A DNA stretch of 64,000 nt from Dicyema japonicum (GCA_011109175.1 RDEW01000020.1:1-64000); one strand, 5' to 3'; counted from the first letter of the stretch, positions 37,130 to 50,734 are shown. Notes: a model not told the origin generated them from the letters alone. A program made the numbers and translations.

Positions 37130-37535
37130 TGAACAATTTATACGATGACGTATGCAAGTCCATCATGGGCAATGCAGATTTCAGGCTTCTCGTCCATGAA
37201 ATTATTCGCAGCCCAGGATGCTGCAATAAAGTTAGTTGGACCAGAACACAAAATCCAACCCATGGAAAAACTTTTAATAGAATTACAACAGAAACTCTTA
37301 AAGACGGCTAGTCTACCGAGAGCCTCTTGTTCCATACACTATCAAAATATCTACAATCACACAGAAAGTTTGAGCCGATGCCATATCCGATGAAAATAGC
37401 AGTACACTAGTCCCCACTGGACTCGTCCTTTCTTTTGCCGGAATGGGATCACTTAGTTAGTTGGGAACTTTATTTCTTTCTCTTTGACCCAGTGATCCTG
37501 GAATAATTTATTTCTCGGTGGTTCCGGGGTTCTAA
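37130..37535 (+). mobile_element. Ingi/Vingi-like LINE 3' fragment
   Basis: MTYASPSWAMQIS... plus the GGGATCAC and CTCGGTGGTTCCGGGG tail motifs. Confidence 0.65.
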
Positions 37536-37779
37536 ATAACAACCATGTTGTCCCTGGCGTCTAATGTGCGTTCCACATATATTTTCTTTTTGTTCTTTGC
37601 CTTCTTCAATTATTAGGATCCATAAATGCCATTTGTAAAGGAATGTTCATTTTTTATTAATGAGTATAAAAATTAATTATAAAAAATAAAATTTTAAACA
37701 CTTGTGAGAATACTATTCATGTTATTCCATGTTCGAAATCATCGCAATTTATAATAAAAGAACTATATATGTCAATTAC

Positions 37780-38420
37780 GATGTCGCAATTGGTTGCCTA
37801 CAGGAAACCAAAATCCAAGATAACCACGAAGAAACATGTGGTAAATTCAATTGATCTTTCTTCCGACTGTCAACAGGCACTATGGACTGGGTTTTGCCAT
37901 CAAAATGGAATTTCTCCCCATATCTACAGAGTATGGGCAGTTAATGACCGCATCAGAGTTCAACAAATGATGTTTATGAAAGCCAAAGCAAGCACTGACA
38001 TTGTCTCCATTATCAATGTATACGCACCTCACAGTGGTTGGATTAACAAAGATCCAGCTCTATTTGATGACTTCTACTCAGATTTATCAGATTTATATTT
38101 AGAATTGACCGACTCCGCACTTTTATTTAAAGCTGGTTATATGAACGCCAAGGTGGGGAGGATAACAGATACCGACGAAACGTTTCAAACCGAGGAGGTG
38201 AAGTTCCGAGGACGTCCGAGAGCATCACTGGTCACGACACTGAATGAAGACCTGAAGAGAATAGGATTATCTCTAACTACGGGAGATGACCTGGACTACT
38301 TGAGGGATTTGGCTCAGGATCGTGGAAAGTGGAGAAAATTAACTAAAAGATTAATGTTTGGTACTGCACTGGTTTTGTCATTTCCAATGGCAAGACGTTG
38401 TGCTTTATAATAATAATAAT
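37780..38420 (+). mobile_element. Internally deleted RTE-like LINE (APE fused to C-terminus)
   Basis: SIINVYAPHS...FYSDL...MNAKVGR joined directly to FRGRPRASL...AQDRGKWRKL, then a (TAA)n tail. Confidence 0.75.
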
Positions 38421-39087
38421 ATATGTCAATTTGAATAAGGATTTTGGGTTCTAATTGTGATCAGGTTTCCAAAATTTTAGCTTATTTGTAAAAATTATAT
38501 TTTTGAAATTTTGTTGTTAATTGAGGCTCCTAAATTTCTGAGTCTGATTTCTTTTAATTTTTGGAAGCTATAGAAGCATCCTTATAATTAATTTCGATGA
38601 GGACCCTATTAATTCGCGCTATTAAATTAGTATCATTCTATGATCATGCTTCCGCCCTACAAGCTGACCGATCAGCCTGATAAACTTTGCCGTACTGGAG
38701 CAAAGTACATTGAATAATATGTTTGTTTATCTTGGAAGCAGATCACAGAACCTGCTGAACTGTATCGGACGCCTTTCGCAAGTATGAAGATTGATATCGG
38801 AGAAAAGATCTGGCTTATTGACCCCATTTCCTTAAAAATCGTCATTGGAGATAGGTTTTCAATTCTGAGTGCAGGCTGAAATGAGCTTCTAGTTGTTGTT
38901 AACTTTTTGTGTAGTTAAAAATAAAAATTTTCTTTATCAAAGTTTATCTAGCTATACTGCAGCTTAGTGCACTTTTGAGTGAGCTAATGAAACTATCAAA
39001 AAAAGAGAAATTTTAATAAAAATAATGTTAAAAATTGCATAATTATGTTTTATAATAAAAATAATTTTTTTAACAATTAAACAAATG

Positions 39088-39310
39088 TCAGTTGAGGAAG
39101 CCTGCTGCGTGGATTGCGAACGAGTTCCCTCGGAGTATGGCTATTCCAATCTTTTGTCTTAGCCATAACCCTTCTCGTTGATCCCTTTTCTTTCTGGCAA
39201 GCAATCCTCCGAGTTCTCGCAAGAACTCATCCGTCATTGGACCAACGGCTCCCGATGATTCGGTCGCAACAGGAGTAAATCGTAGCAATCTTGATTTTTA
39301 GGTTCTCCTA
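39088..39310 (-). mobile_element. CRE-clade 3' fragment
   Basis: FTPVATESSGAVGP...REGLWLRQKIGIAILRGNSFAI. Confidence 0.75.
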
Positions 39311-42300
39311 AAAAATTAAAAAAAATTTAATAAATAAAAAAATATTTGGTCGATAAATTTTACGATAGTTATATTTTTCATTTTTAGATGTCACTTTTCA
39401 AAATTTTAATTGCCATAAAAATTGGTCTACTGATGACTCATCACACGATGACCAACGTAAACATTCCATTATACAAAATCAGACACCCAGTTAAAGTTAC
39501 TGACAAAATTTGGTACCTTCACTTGTTTCAAATCAAATTACAAAAATTAAAGATACTATTAGTAAAATAAATTTATTTTTAACGCAACGTCGATAATGTC
39601 GGCGGGGTCCACTTTGGATGGATGGCAGTTTTAAATATGATTTACTGTAAATATTGTTTTCGGAAGCTTTAAAAAAAATTGCGAATGAGACACAAATTTC
39701 AAAAAAGAATTTTGTAACTATTATAGTCGGGACTGTTGAAAATCCTATGGTTGCATATTTGATTAATACTGTAACGGTGTGATACAACTACAATATCTTA
39801 GACAGTTGATGATACTGGTAGATAATATGATATCAAAAGAATCAACTTTGTTCTATTCATACTGACTCCCACATACCATATATGACTTGAGCGGAAAAAC
39901 ATTATCATGAATGTGTACCTAATACATTTGAACTGTTTCGCCCTCCTGCTACATGGCTGTGCTTTGAAATTCATTATTCTGACGTATTATTTTATGAAAA
40001 TAAATCTCGCCAGAACTTATTGAAAAGAAAGATAGATACTTTACTGATGAAAATGTTGCAAATGATGCTTCACTTCAATAAATTTGATTAAAATTAAGTT
40101 ACATTTACTTTTAAAATTACATTTTTAATATTTCAATCATTTTTAGGTCATTTGTGGTTGCCCTGGTGCTGTTCTTCCTTTACTCAGAGGCGTTTAGAGG
40201 GAAACCACAAACAACTTTGCCATCAATAATGAACGTCGATCTAAAACATGTTAAAATGGCCTCCAAAAATCGCAATCTCGAGAAGAGCGTGGAGGTGTCT
40301 AACAGACCGGATCATCCGGTGGTAGCACAAATGAGGGGGAGGATACAACTTTCTTATTACGAATGTGCATTATAATAACGTGTTGACTTATTTTGACAAG
40401 TCACGTGTTTTCGAATTGATATTCCAAATCTTCTGTATTATCATTTATCGGATTTTCTTGTTGATTTTGAAGTTGTTCAAAAAATTAGTCATTTTCCTTC
40501 CAAACTGGGAAATATATCTTCTGAAATTTGATCTTCGATATGTAATTTTCTGAGTTCATAAAAAATTCTATTCGTGTTTCCCCAGTTATTATTAGGCGTT
40601 TCTTTAGTAAATGTTGAAACAGCTCATAATTGTCGAGTCCTCGATTTTCCATGATTGATAAGGATCCGACATCTTTCAAATTGTCGACTCCTCGATTGGT
40701 GGCTGTAAAGATGATCCGGCATTTGCAGGCAAAAATGACTTATGCTTTAATTCCATGCAGATTTTGTGGGCTGGACGTTGTTGATCAATCACTGTTGATT
40801 CCATCATGTTTGGTGGAATCTCTGTATGTTACACAATTATTTGACGAAAAAATTTCAAAAATCTTGGTTTTTTTAATTTTCCAATTTAGGAATCAAGTTT
40901 ATCTGTCCCATTCGTATTTGTGGATTGTTTGTCGATTATAAATTTATACGCGTTTGTAGTCTTAACTGCGCCTATCCAAATCGCTGGCAAGCATTCTCCT
41001 TCCGTTAATGGAGTTCACCACCAATTCATCCTTGTCCACTCTCTTTACATTGGAATTAGTTATTTCTTCTGATTAACACATGCCAGTTCCATAAGTTGAC
41101 TTGAAGCAGAAATGAAATCTTCATCGGAGACCTTAATTCCGTGCTCGTGCTCAACAGTCATACTTTAAGAGTTTTTTCATCACGACTGAAAATGTAAGGT
41201 CTCATATTATCGGGAGTTACTATTCTCTCTAGATAAGGTACGATGCGCGAATTTCTCCCCAAAATGTGCGAAAAACGATCAAGTTGAGAGGAGATCATTT
41301 TAGGCACATTATTAGTGATTTCCAGAGTTAATCGAGAAATTGGCACTTCTCGGTCTTCTAGTCTCTTAATTTTCTGAAAACTTTAGCTGAACCGTTGAGT
41401 GCGTACACTAAAGGATATTAGAAATAACATTCGAGAAGAGCCTTTTTTATCTTCGGCGAGCAAAAAAGGAGGATTTCACTTATATGTCTAACCAAGTTAT
41501 GAACTGACCCGAGTTTATGTGGACTTGGCGATTGACTCAAACAAAAAGAGTACGGATATAGTAAATGTACGTAGTTTCTAGTGACGCCGAAAATGGAGAT
41601 CTGCACAAGTCAGCCCAGAACCTGCAGAGAGGGGTTATTGTGAACTTCTCAACTGGAGAGGGGGAGAGTAAATGATTTCTTTCTCACCATTATAGCAGTG
41701 GGCATAATTTTTTTGGAAGGCTAATTCTTGGAGATCCGGGAGTTCAAAAGAATGCTATCTATTGTGCACCAAAAATTAAAATGATCACTTGGATAGCAGA
41801 CAGGCTTTAAATTAGTTTAAATTTTGCTGATTGATTCAGTTAATTGATTTGAAGGTAAAATGGACTGACAGATGCTCACTAATGGGTCATTAGATTTTGA
41901 GTCTTTTGAAGTTTTAAGTGCCATTTAAGTGATCATTTTGGAATTCTTGGTTTAATGGTCAACCGTCTATCCTAGTGGTCAATTGGTTGCAACGTTGAGC
42001 TGGTGGCTTTGCTTTGATACACGCAATGTCTTCACCTCCTAAAGTATATATATCCTCTTGTCTCCTTTTTAATGGAGTCGGGAGACATCGGATGCCCCAA
42101 TGATTGGGATCGAATCTCGTCCGACCCAATTCTCAGTTAATCATTCACATGGTTTAGGAACTTTCAGACACTCAGGGTGGATCTATGATGGCTACCATTT
42201 ATCAGGAGGTTTTCCTGAAGTCTCCCTTTGTAAGCATATACAGTGAGGCTTATAAGTCATGAAAACCCTTAGTTAATGAAAAGTCCCGACCTCACAACCT

Positions 42301-42970
42301 TGTAGGAGGCCGACCGTCCTCAGGCGTCAGCTACATGAGTGTCTTCAGCATGATACTTCTCCAAGATTTTGAAAATTTTAGCTGATTTAAACCGCTTACT
42401 TTGGTGAATCTGATGTTTTGGTTAAAAGTTATGTCTCCAGAGTCCGTTATTTCGTCCAATCAGCTGGAAAAATATTCTTTAACAAACATTTAGACATTTT
42501 ATGCAATAGAAGTACGCAACCACCTCAACCTTCTGAGGACAAGAACATAATTATGATAAATAATTTACCAAAATTATCATCAAATCGTAAATTATTTTCA
42601 GAATTTACTCTAAAAATATATATTTACTAAAATCCACTTTATTTAACCAACAAGAAAGTTAATCTTTAACAATCAACAACCTTCCTCGCAGCTTCTCAGC
42701 AGAAGATTCTAGTTTCTGAAACAGCTCGAGAGGGCCTTGTCCAATTGAACCCTTTGCCCATATGGCATCTTCGGGATCTGCCTCCTATACTCCAGTTTCA
42801 GACTCTCTAGAATCCGCTTTAATACAGTGGACTGTAGATAAGCCTGGAGCTTTCTATCTACCCAAACTGTTTTAGATAATCCCTGTGGTACTTTATATAT
42901 TTTTGTTATTATTAATTATAATTGGTTAAATTAAAAACTTTATTATTTAATAAAAACTAATAAATTTAAA

Positions 42971-43773
42971 TTAGTTAAGCGGGAATAATTTGAATGTGAA
43001 ATAAGTTGGAAGTTCGATTTTGTGTCTCAACGGCAGTTTAATTTCGACGGGAGTTAAAAGCAGATTGGATGGATCTTCCTTTATTGTGAAAGACTGGAAG
43101 AGTTCATTTTGGCACCCAATTTTGTTAAAGTCCCTTATTTGATCTTCCTGCCTAGATTTCTGCTTATTCACCTCCAGCTGATGCTTGAAGACCAGATGAA
43201 AGTAAATTTCCCGCAAATTTCTGGCATGTTTAGGACATTGACGGCAAAAATACCATTTTTTGTTGTTGATGATGTTTTCTGAGTACAATTTCCTAAGAAG
43301 CGCCAAATCTGGGAATTATAAACTTTGATACTATTTGGGTGTCTTTTTGGACTCGAAGGGGTTTTGTAGGGGTGAAATAGATTTTCCACGTTGAATTCAA
43401 ATACCCTCTCTTGTGGGGGTCCCTCAGACTTTGGGAGCTGTCCCTCGGGTTTTTGTAGTTCCTTGCCATGTCTGTTGCGTAGATGAGTTCGCAAAAAGTA
43501 TTTGTTGCAAACCTGCCTATTAGGATAAAGAATCACCTCTTTCTCGCAAATATGGCATTTCACCCTCATTGAATTCAACTTTTCACGGTTTTCGTTGAAT
43601 TTTCCGCCCCAACGGAATCCGTAATCAGGGGACTGTCGTGGCGGGTAAAAATTGAAAGTTTTCTCCGTCTTTGATGTTTCGCTCTAAGAATAATTAATAA
43701 TAAAAATATTTAATTTAATTAAGTAATTATACCTGGTTGTCATATTGATTGGCATATTCCCCAGATTGTTCAT
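42971..43773 (-). CDS. C2H2 zinc-finger protein (two fingers)
   Basis: CHICEKE|VCNKYFLRTHLRNRHG (24-nt in-frame intron) and CRQCPKH...YFHLVFKH; 49-nt first intron at 43684-43732; frameshifts present. Confidence 0.7.
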
Positions 43774-44117
43774 TTTTTTCTAAAAAGTACAAATTGACTA
43801 AAAAATCAATGTTTCAATTAAGTTCCCAGCAAATTAGCAGTTATTGATTAACGTCAAAATGTAAAAAACAGCAAACTAAGTGCGGACAGCATTATCCCTC
43901 CATTAGCGTCAAACAAATGAAGGATGGCACTACTATCTTTTAATCAATCAAAGATAAGATAAACGGACTTTAAAGTAAAATCCGCGGGCATTCAGCAATT
44001 CGCAGAGTTTGCCGCCTAAATTAAAGTCAACAACCCGAACAATTTGTCCAATTAATAGAATAATTAATTTAATTCTTTTTTTGTTAATTGCATATTATTT
44101 TTAATAATAGTTCACAA

Positions 44118-44603
44118 TTAGCTTTTTTTGCCGCCAATAAAAAACTGAATAATCGAATTACCTTGAGCCTCCTTCTTTGGGGACACATTCCCTTCACTCT
44201 CTTCCTTTGGGGGGTTCAGCCCGTGTCTGTTGACTTTGTGTATCCTCAGAAAGTATTTGTTGCAAAACTCCTTGTTACAAATCTCGCAAAAGGCTTCCTT
44301 GTTGAATATTTGCTGGGGATATGAGTTTGAGGTATTCTTGACGCTTTCCGGAAAAATTGCGGGAAAGATTGGCTGCATCATTGAACCGTGGAAGGGGTTC
44401 ATCATTGAATTGACAAGCATCATTTGCTGCATAAAATTGATAGGAAATAGTTTGGCTTGCTCGTTTTTTATAAACTCGTTGTAGACGTTGATTTGATCAA
44501 AGGTCGGAGTTCCCTGAGGTTCGCTGTTTTCAGAATTTAGGTTGTTTGAGGATATTTCCTGCTTCGAGTTTAACTCAAACATTAAATACGATATTTGCGC
44601 CAT
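44118..44603 (-). CDS. C2H2 zinc-finger protein (single finger, M/Q-rich)
   Basis: Uninterrupted 161-aa ORF containing EAFCEICNKEFCNKYFLRIHKVNRHG. Confidence 0.75.
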   Translation of the reverse strand: MAQISYLMFELNSKQEISSNNLNSENSEPQGTPTFDQINVYNEFIKNEQAKLFPINFMQQMMLVNSMMNPFHGSMMQPIFPAIFPESVKNTSNSYPQQIFNKEAFCEICNKEFCNKYFLRIHKVNRHGLNPPKEESEGNVSPKKEAQGNSIIQFFIGGKKS

Positions 44604-45191
44604 TTTTGATAATAAATTAAATAAAGCCGTTTATTGGCATTAAATTATCAATTAAATTAACATTTATGAATTTTTACTAATTTTTGAGGCCAATTTTGGA
44701 GGTCCACCAAATGCTGGTTGTGAGAACAGCTGTAGTCGTAATAAGTTTAGATAAATTTATTTAATCGCAAAAATTCGATTATAATAATTAACTGATATAA
44801 ATAATTGATTTTTTGTTAAAAATATCATTTTCATGAACTTTCAGCCAAATCTCAGTTCGAAGTGAAAAAGTTACATTCCCGAGGAAACTTCAATTTCGCT
44901 TGAAAAAAAGTCAAACTCTTCCCCCACCAATTCACGGGAGCCACATTACTTATAGCCCCCATGTGCAGCAAGAAATAGTATTATACGTCAGCCTCTTGAG
45001 ATTCCCGCTTTCTAGACATTTCCTCAGCCAGGAAACGCGGCACGTGGCACCTTATCGAAAAAAGGAAAAACAACCAATTTGATGTTTCTGGGATGATTAT
45101 CAAAACAGTGAGGCTTTAACTTTGAGTGGATTAATAAAATAAATTATTTACGTCATATAAATTAATCTAATTAATTTTGAAGGATCATTTA

Positions 45192-45583
45192 TTAAACTGA
45201 TCGACCTTCCTTTGCAGAGTTTCCCCCAGTTTTTTGACGGCATCTTCCTTGGATTGTAAAAACTCCTTTTTCTTCAACTGCATTTGCTCGAATTTGTTCT
45301 CGGTTTTCTAGAATACAGCATTTTCTTACGTCTTCCATTACATTTTTAAATTTTTTGATTTGGGCGTTTAAGTATATCAAGGCGCATTGCCTCTCCTTCT
45401 TGATCCCCTCTAAGACTTGATCCAGCCCTCGAGAAAGGTGCCTGTTCTGCAGCTTGGTCTTACTGCGGTCAATTCTGAACGTTTTCCCTGGCGGCTTCAT
45501 TCAAAAAAATTAAATAATTAAAAAATATACTTTTCGCACTTCTCATTAGCGGCTCGGTCCTCCATTCTCGGGCTTTTATGCAT
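45192..45583 (-). CDS. Hypothetical small coiled-coil protein
   Basis: TATA box (45601-45608) and CACGTG precede an ATG at 45583; an AT-rich intron-like segment follows, then a 102-aa helical K/R/E-rich ORF. The exon junction needs a frameshift. Confidence 0.4.
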
Positions 45584-45791
45584 TCGTCCACGTGTCTTGT
45601 TTATATATAGTATTAGGGACATTGACTTGTTTTGTTTATTTGCATTACGTCAATCAAAGATTATAATTTAAACTCATTAAAATTCTGAGTTTGTTACTCA
45701 CATGCGGTTACTGATCCCTGATGCTTGCCCTCAGCGGTATTGAGTTGGTCGAAACAATGGACTTTAGGAACACGGAAGACTGAACCCCTTT

Positions 45792-45912
45792 ATGACGCAT
45801 TGGCTGAAAAAGGAGAGAGTGAATCATAATAATGACTCACTGGCTGGAACATGGGAGAGTGAATCCTGGACTCACTGTCTAGAATACGGGGAATGATTCC
45901 AGAATGACGCAC
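45792..45912. repeat. About 3.5 degenerate 35-40 nt tandem units containing TGAC(T/G)CA
   Basis: ATGACGCATTGGCTGAA...GAGAGTGAATC / ATGACTCACTGGCTGGAA...GAGAGTGAATC / GACTCACTGTCTAGAA / ATGACGCACT. Confidence 0.6.
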
Positions 45913-48395
45913 TTGGTCTTCCAAAAATATATTTTTCTAGGGGTAACTCCCAATTTGTTCTTAGTACCTACGAATACTACTTACATAAATTCTGATACAC
46001 TTTTGTAAATTGAATAAATTTTAAGGGATTTAAAGCAAAGGATCGTTAAAAGTCGGAAATGACTAAACAAGGTTGAGGACATCTTTGTCGACTTTATTTG
46101 ATCCAATTTGTATTTTAATTAAATCCACAACATTTTTGAATTTAAGACAATAAACAAACTTAAAATTTACAATTCGAAATATGTTATAAATTGGACACAG
46201 CTGTTAATAATAATAAAAATTAATTTTATAATTATGCTGACAAGGTAAACACGTGTTCTAACAATTATTAGTTTGTCAAAATATTTTTTGATTTTAAAAA
46301 TATCCCCTAACCTTTCTTGTATCGTTGTAAAAATATGAGAGACCTAAATCATCCCCCAAAATCTGTACAGAATATGCAATTCACAGCCGATTAAACTAAC
46401 GGCCAAAAGGAGAGGTGGAAGTTATTGGAAATATCCTAAGAATGGATCTAGCAATTCCGGCTGGAAGCTTACTTCCAGAGCAGTTGTGGATATCGTGGAC
46501 GTCCAAGCTACTTTCCCTATTGTAATTCACAAAGATTTCGTGACTGTAAATAAGAAACTCAATATACAGACGATCTATACATCTTTCGAAAAATCCCCTC
46601 CCAATAGAGTGTGGGGAAATCTAATATGGAAAATTCTCCACGGTGTTGCAGAAGCGACTAGGAGATAACTTTTTTTCAGTTTTGTTTTGCAAAAAAATAA
46701 TAAATCATCCCCAAATATAAAGAAACCCTTCCACCTATTCTGATTTCCCCGCCACATGAATCCATCTGACTGATCTATTTGAGCGTCTGTGTGTTACTTT
46801 CCTGTTAGTCACCGGTTTCTTTCACTTCAATTTCCTGCCACACTGCTTTTGACTGTTACGTTCCTGTTAACCACCATTTTCCCTCACTTGAAGAGATCGG
46901 TAGTAGATAAATCTACAAATAATTCCTAGTTTCTTTTTTATAGATAAAATTCAGATCAACTGGAGGAGACATAGGGTTTCAAGGACGTCCAGATGTCCCG
47001 GACTTTTGAGGAAATACAAAGACTTCAAGCTTATCGGTTCAGTAGTTTAGAGGTCAATCACGGAGTGTGAACCGGTATGTATGACTGTGCTAATGATTAA
47101 CTTTTGACACGTGGGTCGTAGAGACAGTCACTCAAATCTCGTATTCCTCATTAGAAAAATCGATTATTTTTGTAAGCTTTGATCCACTTGGCTTATCAGT
47201 CGAAATGGTAGAGTTACTGATTCGGCTCCCTGGAAAATTAACTCAGATATATTCTTCTTCCTCTCCTTTGAACACATTTTTAAATGTCAGTCTCTTCCAT
47301 GTGTTTCGATTGTTAGCCATTATCTAATAGAACCCAGATTCAATGTTTCCCCCTTTCAACTCTACCCACTTCCAATGTGTTGAGGTTTATTTTTCACTCA
47401 AAAAACGGTGATAGTCACACGAATCGGGTATTTCTCCATTATAGTCAGTTGCTACCATACGTGGAACCGATGGTGGATCTCCATTAAGCCTATTTATACA
47501 AGTCCACTTCCATTTGTGGTCGTGGCATATTATTTGTAATTGGGATTTGTCATGAGATTTTTATCTCCGAGACCGTCTAACTTAGAATCGGGATTGTTTA
47601 GGTAGAGATAGATTTCTCAGAAGCTAAACGAGTACCCCTCATGAAAGGTGAACTCGCCAGTCGAGTTTTGATATGAATAGGATTAGTATCAGGTACCTGG
47701 AACGTAGTTGTATCAAACGAACTTAGATTCCTTTAACTCCGTGAAGTACTATTCAGTCCACCCATTAGAAAAACAGGGATGAGGGGTTATAGTCTAATAG
47801 AGATACATCACCAACTCAGCCTAGACTTTCCGTATTTTTTTCTACACTGAGGAGGTGACGGAGTCGGGAGATATCAGCAACCCGATCTGCTAAACAGAAG
47901 TAGGGCAGGATACACGTAGGATCCGAGTTCTAATCTTGTCAACCCAAAATTAAAAAAAACTCTGAGATCACCTATGTGAAGCTGCACGTATATGATAGTT
48001 AATATTATTAATATATTCTTAATAATAATTTCTTCTTGTGATGTTTGTTTCTACTAATCAGAGTGGACCTACGGACCTTCCCGTGAATGAAACGGATGGA
48101 CAAAACAATGAGAACGGTGTTTGCTTGAAAGTCTGGATGATAAATTGAGGAAAGGAAACCCCAACCCATGACTATTCAAACTATTTACTACAAAGAGCCT
48201 GAAAGTGTGAGTGGGCCAGGCTTAAAAAGGAGACGAATTGACATAGAGCACATCAATTCACATCAGCTAATCAACTATTATTGTTTATTGATTATTCCTA
48301 ATACAGTTTACCCTCTATTGCTCGCCATTTTTGGGACCAAGCAAAAATTGGCGACTCAGAGAATTTGGCGAGTAAAAGAAATAATCGATATCGTA

Positions 48396-48661
48396 TAATA
48401 ATAATAAACCCTTTTCACGAGAGCCATAGTATTTATAGCTCCGCATAGGCACGACACACATTTTATTTAAGTAAAGAGCAGTTAATTTTAACTAATCGTA
48501 GAGCTAAGGAATGATCTTCACTTCTTTTTTCTTTTTCTTGTGTGAGTGTCCTTTCTAGACAATCCAGTTCCGCAGTGAGTATTCACTGATGACGGCGTCA
48601 CTCGTCAAACCATTTCTGCATCGTAGATGCGTGGAACCTTCTACCAGGTGAACAGCAGCGA
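48396..48661 (-). mobile_element. tRNA-SINE copy lacking the tRNA head
   Basis: Matches the body and tail of 4792-5078. Confidence 0.85.
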
Positions 48662-49094
48662 CTATAAACATTTAAATAAATATTTGAAATATTTAATGAA
48701 AAACCAAGATTCTAAATAAAGAAACAGTTTAGTGTTTTTTGCATTCTCGATTTTCTATATTTTTTGATTTTTATTAAACTTTCAAGCATATTAAATCAAA
48801 ATTTTCATGCGAAAAATATTCTTTGAGTTCCAAAATACTTTTTATCGCTTCTCTGTCAAGAAGTTCGTCATTCTCAGAGTACGTAAAGTCTACAAACTCC
48901 TCTTCTGAATGGGATCCGAGATCATTAATTTATCAATAATTTGTTCAAAATTTTTGGTCTTTGGTAAGTTTTTCAATGCTTTTTTCCCATTTGGCGTGTT
49001 GAAAACATTTTGATATTGTATCCACTGACACATTTTTACAGGCAAGATGAGAAAATAAGACTCCATCCTTTAGCGTTAATTTTTTATAATTAAT

Positions 49095-49383
49095 AAAGCC
49101 TTTTCACGAGAGCCATAGTATTCATAGCTCCGCATAGGCAGGACACACACTTTGTTTAAGTAAAGAACAGTTAATTTTAACTAATCGTTTTTCTTTTTCT
49201 TGTGTGAATGTCCTTTCTAGACAATCCAGATCCGCAGTCAAAGTCAACTGATGACGGTGTCACTCGTCAAGCCTTTTTTAGCATCGTAGATGCGTGGAAC
49301 CTTCTACCAGGTGAACAGCAGCGAGATTCGAACCCGTAACCTAAGCCACTTAAGCCCGACACCTAACCACTATGCCACCCGGT
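49095..49383 (-). mobile_element. tRNA-SINE, full length
   Basis: A and B boxes, body and RTE-like tail; probable TSD GTTAATTTTTT. Confidence 0.85.
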
Positions 49384-50662
49384 TAATTTTTTAATTTTTT
49401 ATAACATTAAATATTTTATTCACTATAATTTATTTTTTCCATTATATGTTTAAATTTAAATTTGTTAAAATGGATTTGAATGATCTAATAATCCCTTGAT
49501 CAATTGGTTGAAGCACAGTCGTCGTGTTTTTGGTAAATATAAAACTTCTATCATACTTAATTCGATTGTTATTTTATGAGAGGGACAATGGTCTACAACC
49601 AAAAGTACTTTTTTTTGTTTTTGTTTGAGATTCATGTCCCATTTATACAACCATTCGTTGAAAATTTACATTTTCATCCAAGCCTTTGAAGAATTGTAGT
49701 ATTGTAAATATTTATCAACGTTCATGTTTTTGAAACAGCTTGGTTTCTAATACTTTCCATCATCAATGGGGTTCTTTTATCAGATCCAGTCATATTTGCG
49801 CAAAGCATTAATGAAAATCTGAAGATTAGCTAAAAAATTTTACACCGATCTTTAAGTAATTTCTGTCCTGATCTGCGTCTCCTGCATACACTTTTTGAAG
49901 AAATAGTCTTGTAAAACACACCGGTTTCGTCAGCATTATAAACATTTTCGGCATTATGTTCATTTATTTTTGAGAGATTATTTTTTTAAAGTCTTCAATT
50001 TCTATTTTAAACTCATCCACAGTATATCCTAATTCACCATGGAAAATTCGTAATTTCACATTGCGCCTTTTTTTAACTTTTCCAGCCATCCTTTACTGGA
50101 TTTGAATTCAGAGTTCATTTAATGCAGCAAATTCAGTTGCTTTCGATAAAATTATCTCATCATTGAGGCAAACTCCATCATTGATTCCATGTAATCCATC
50201 CAGGTAATGAATTCAGTATCAATTGATGAAAATCTGAGTTTCGAAAAACGAGAACTTGTCCCATATATTGGATTATTTTCGAGAATCTTCTCTTTATTCA
50301 AGTTAAGATCATTTATTGCACGTCTCGAAATTAATTTTTTGAAAAGCGTTAAAAAAATTTCTGAGACACGCCTTAAACTAAGAGAAGAGTTATCAATAAG
50401 ATAATTTATGACTTTTTTTTTTATCATAAGATAATCTAGAACACTTCCTCATGTTAAAAAAAGACACGCGGCATAAATATTTGAAAAAATTATTTTAATA
50501 ATAAATTTTAATTTTTTAATACTAAAACGTGGCAATGAGAATAGAATTTCCTTAGTAAAATTGGAATTTTTCCAAAAAATGGCGAGTTATAGAAATGGCG
50601 ACCAACAGAGGGTAAACTGTAATCAGTAATTCTAAGGTCTGACTTCAACAGAAAGTAAATCT

Positions 50663-50734
50663 GCTAGGTTATCTCAGTTGGTAGAGCATGAGAACCTTAA
50701 ATCAGGGTCGCGGGTTCGAGTCTCGTATTAGGCT
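50663..50734 (+). tRNA. tRNA-Lys(CTT)-like sequence, probably a pseudogene
   Basis: CTCAGTTGGTAGAGCATGAGA..CTTAA..TCAGGGTCGCGGGTTCGAG matches eukaryotic tRNA-Lys and is followed by TTTT, but stems carry mismatches and the anticodon arm is short. Confidence 0.65.

Larger units (their letters stand above)
48304..50619 (-). mobile_element. Tigger-like transposon interrupted by two SINEs
   Basis: TIRs CAGTTTACCCTCT(A/G)TTG(C/G)TCGCCA flanked by TA; minus strand reads SKGWLEK, VYNADETGVF, LLVVDHCPSH, QPIDQGIIRSFK. Confidence 0.85.

Noticed and set aside
39500-40080. Possible Mutator transposase relic on the minus strand
   Set aside because: Too degenerate; no clear catalytic motif or TIR.
49285-49310. 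GGT-TCCACGC-ATC resembling an HDV P3/L3 in the tRNA-SINE
   Set aside because: No P1, P1.1 or P2 partners; a simple GTAGA/TCTAC hairpin explains it, and the copy at 4792 lacks it.
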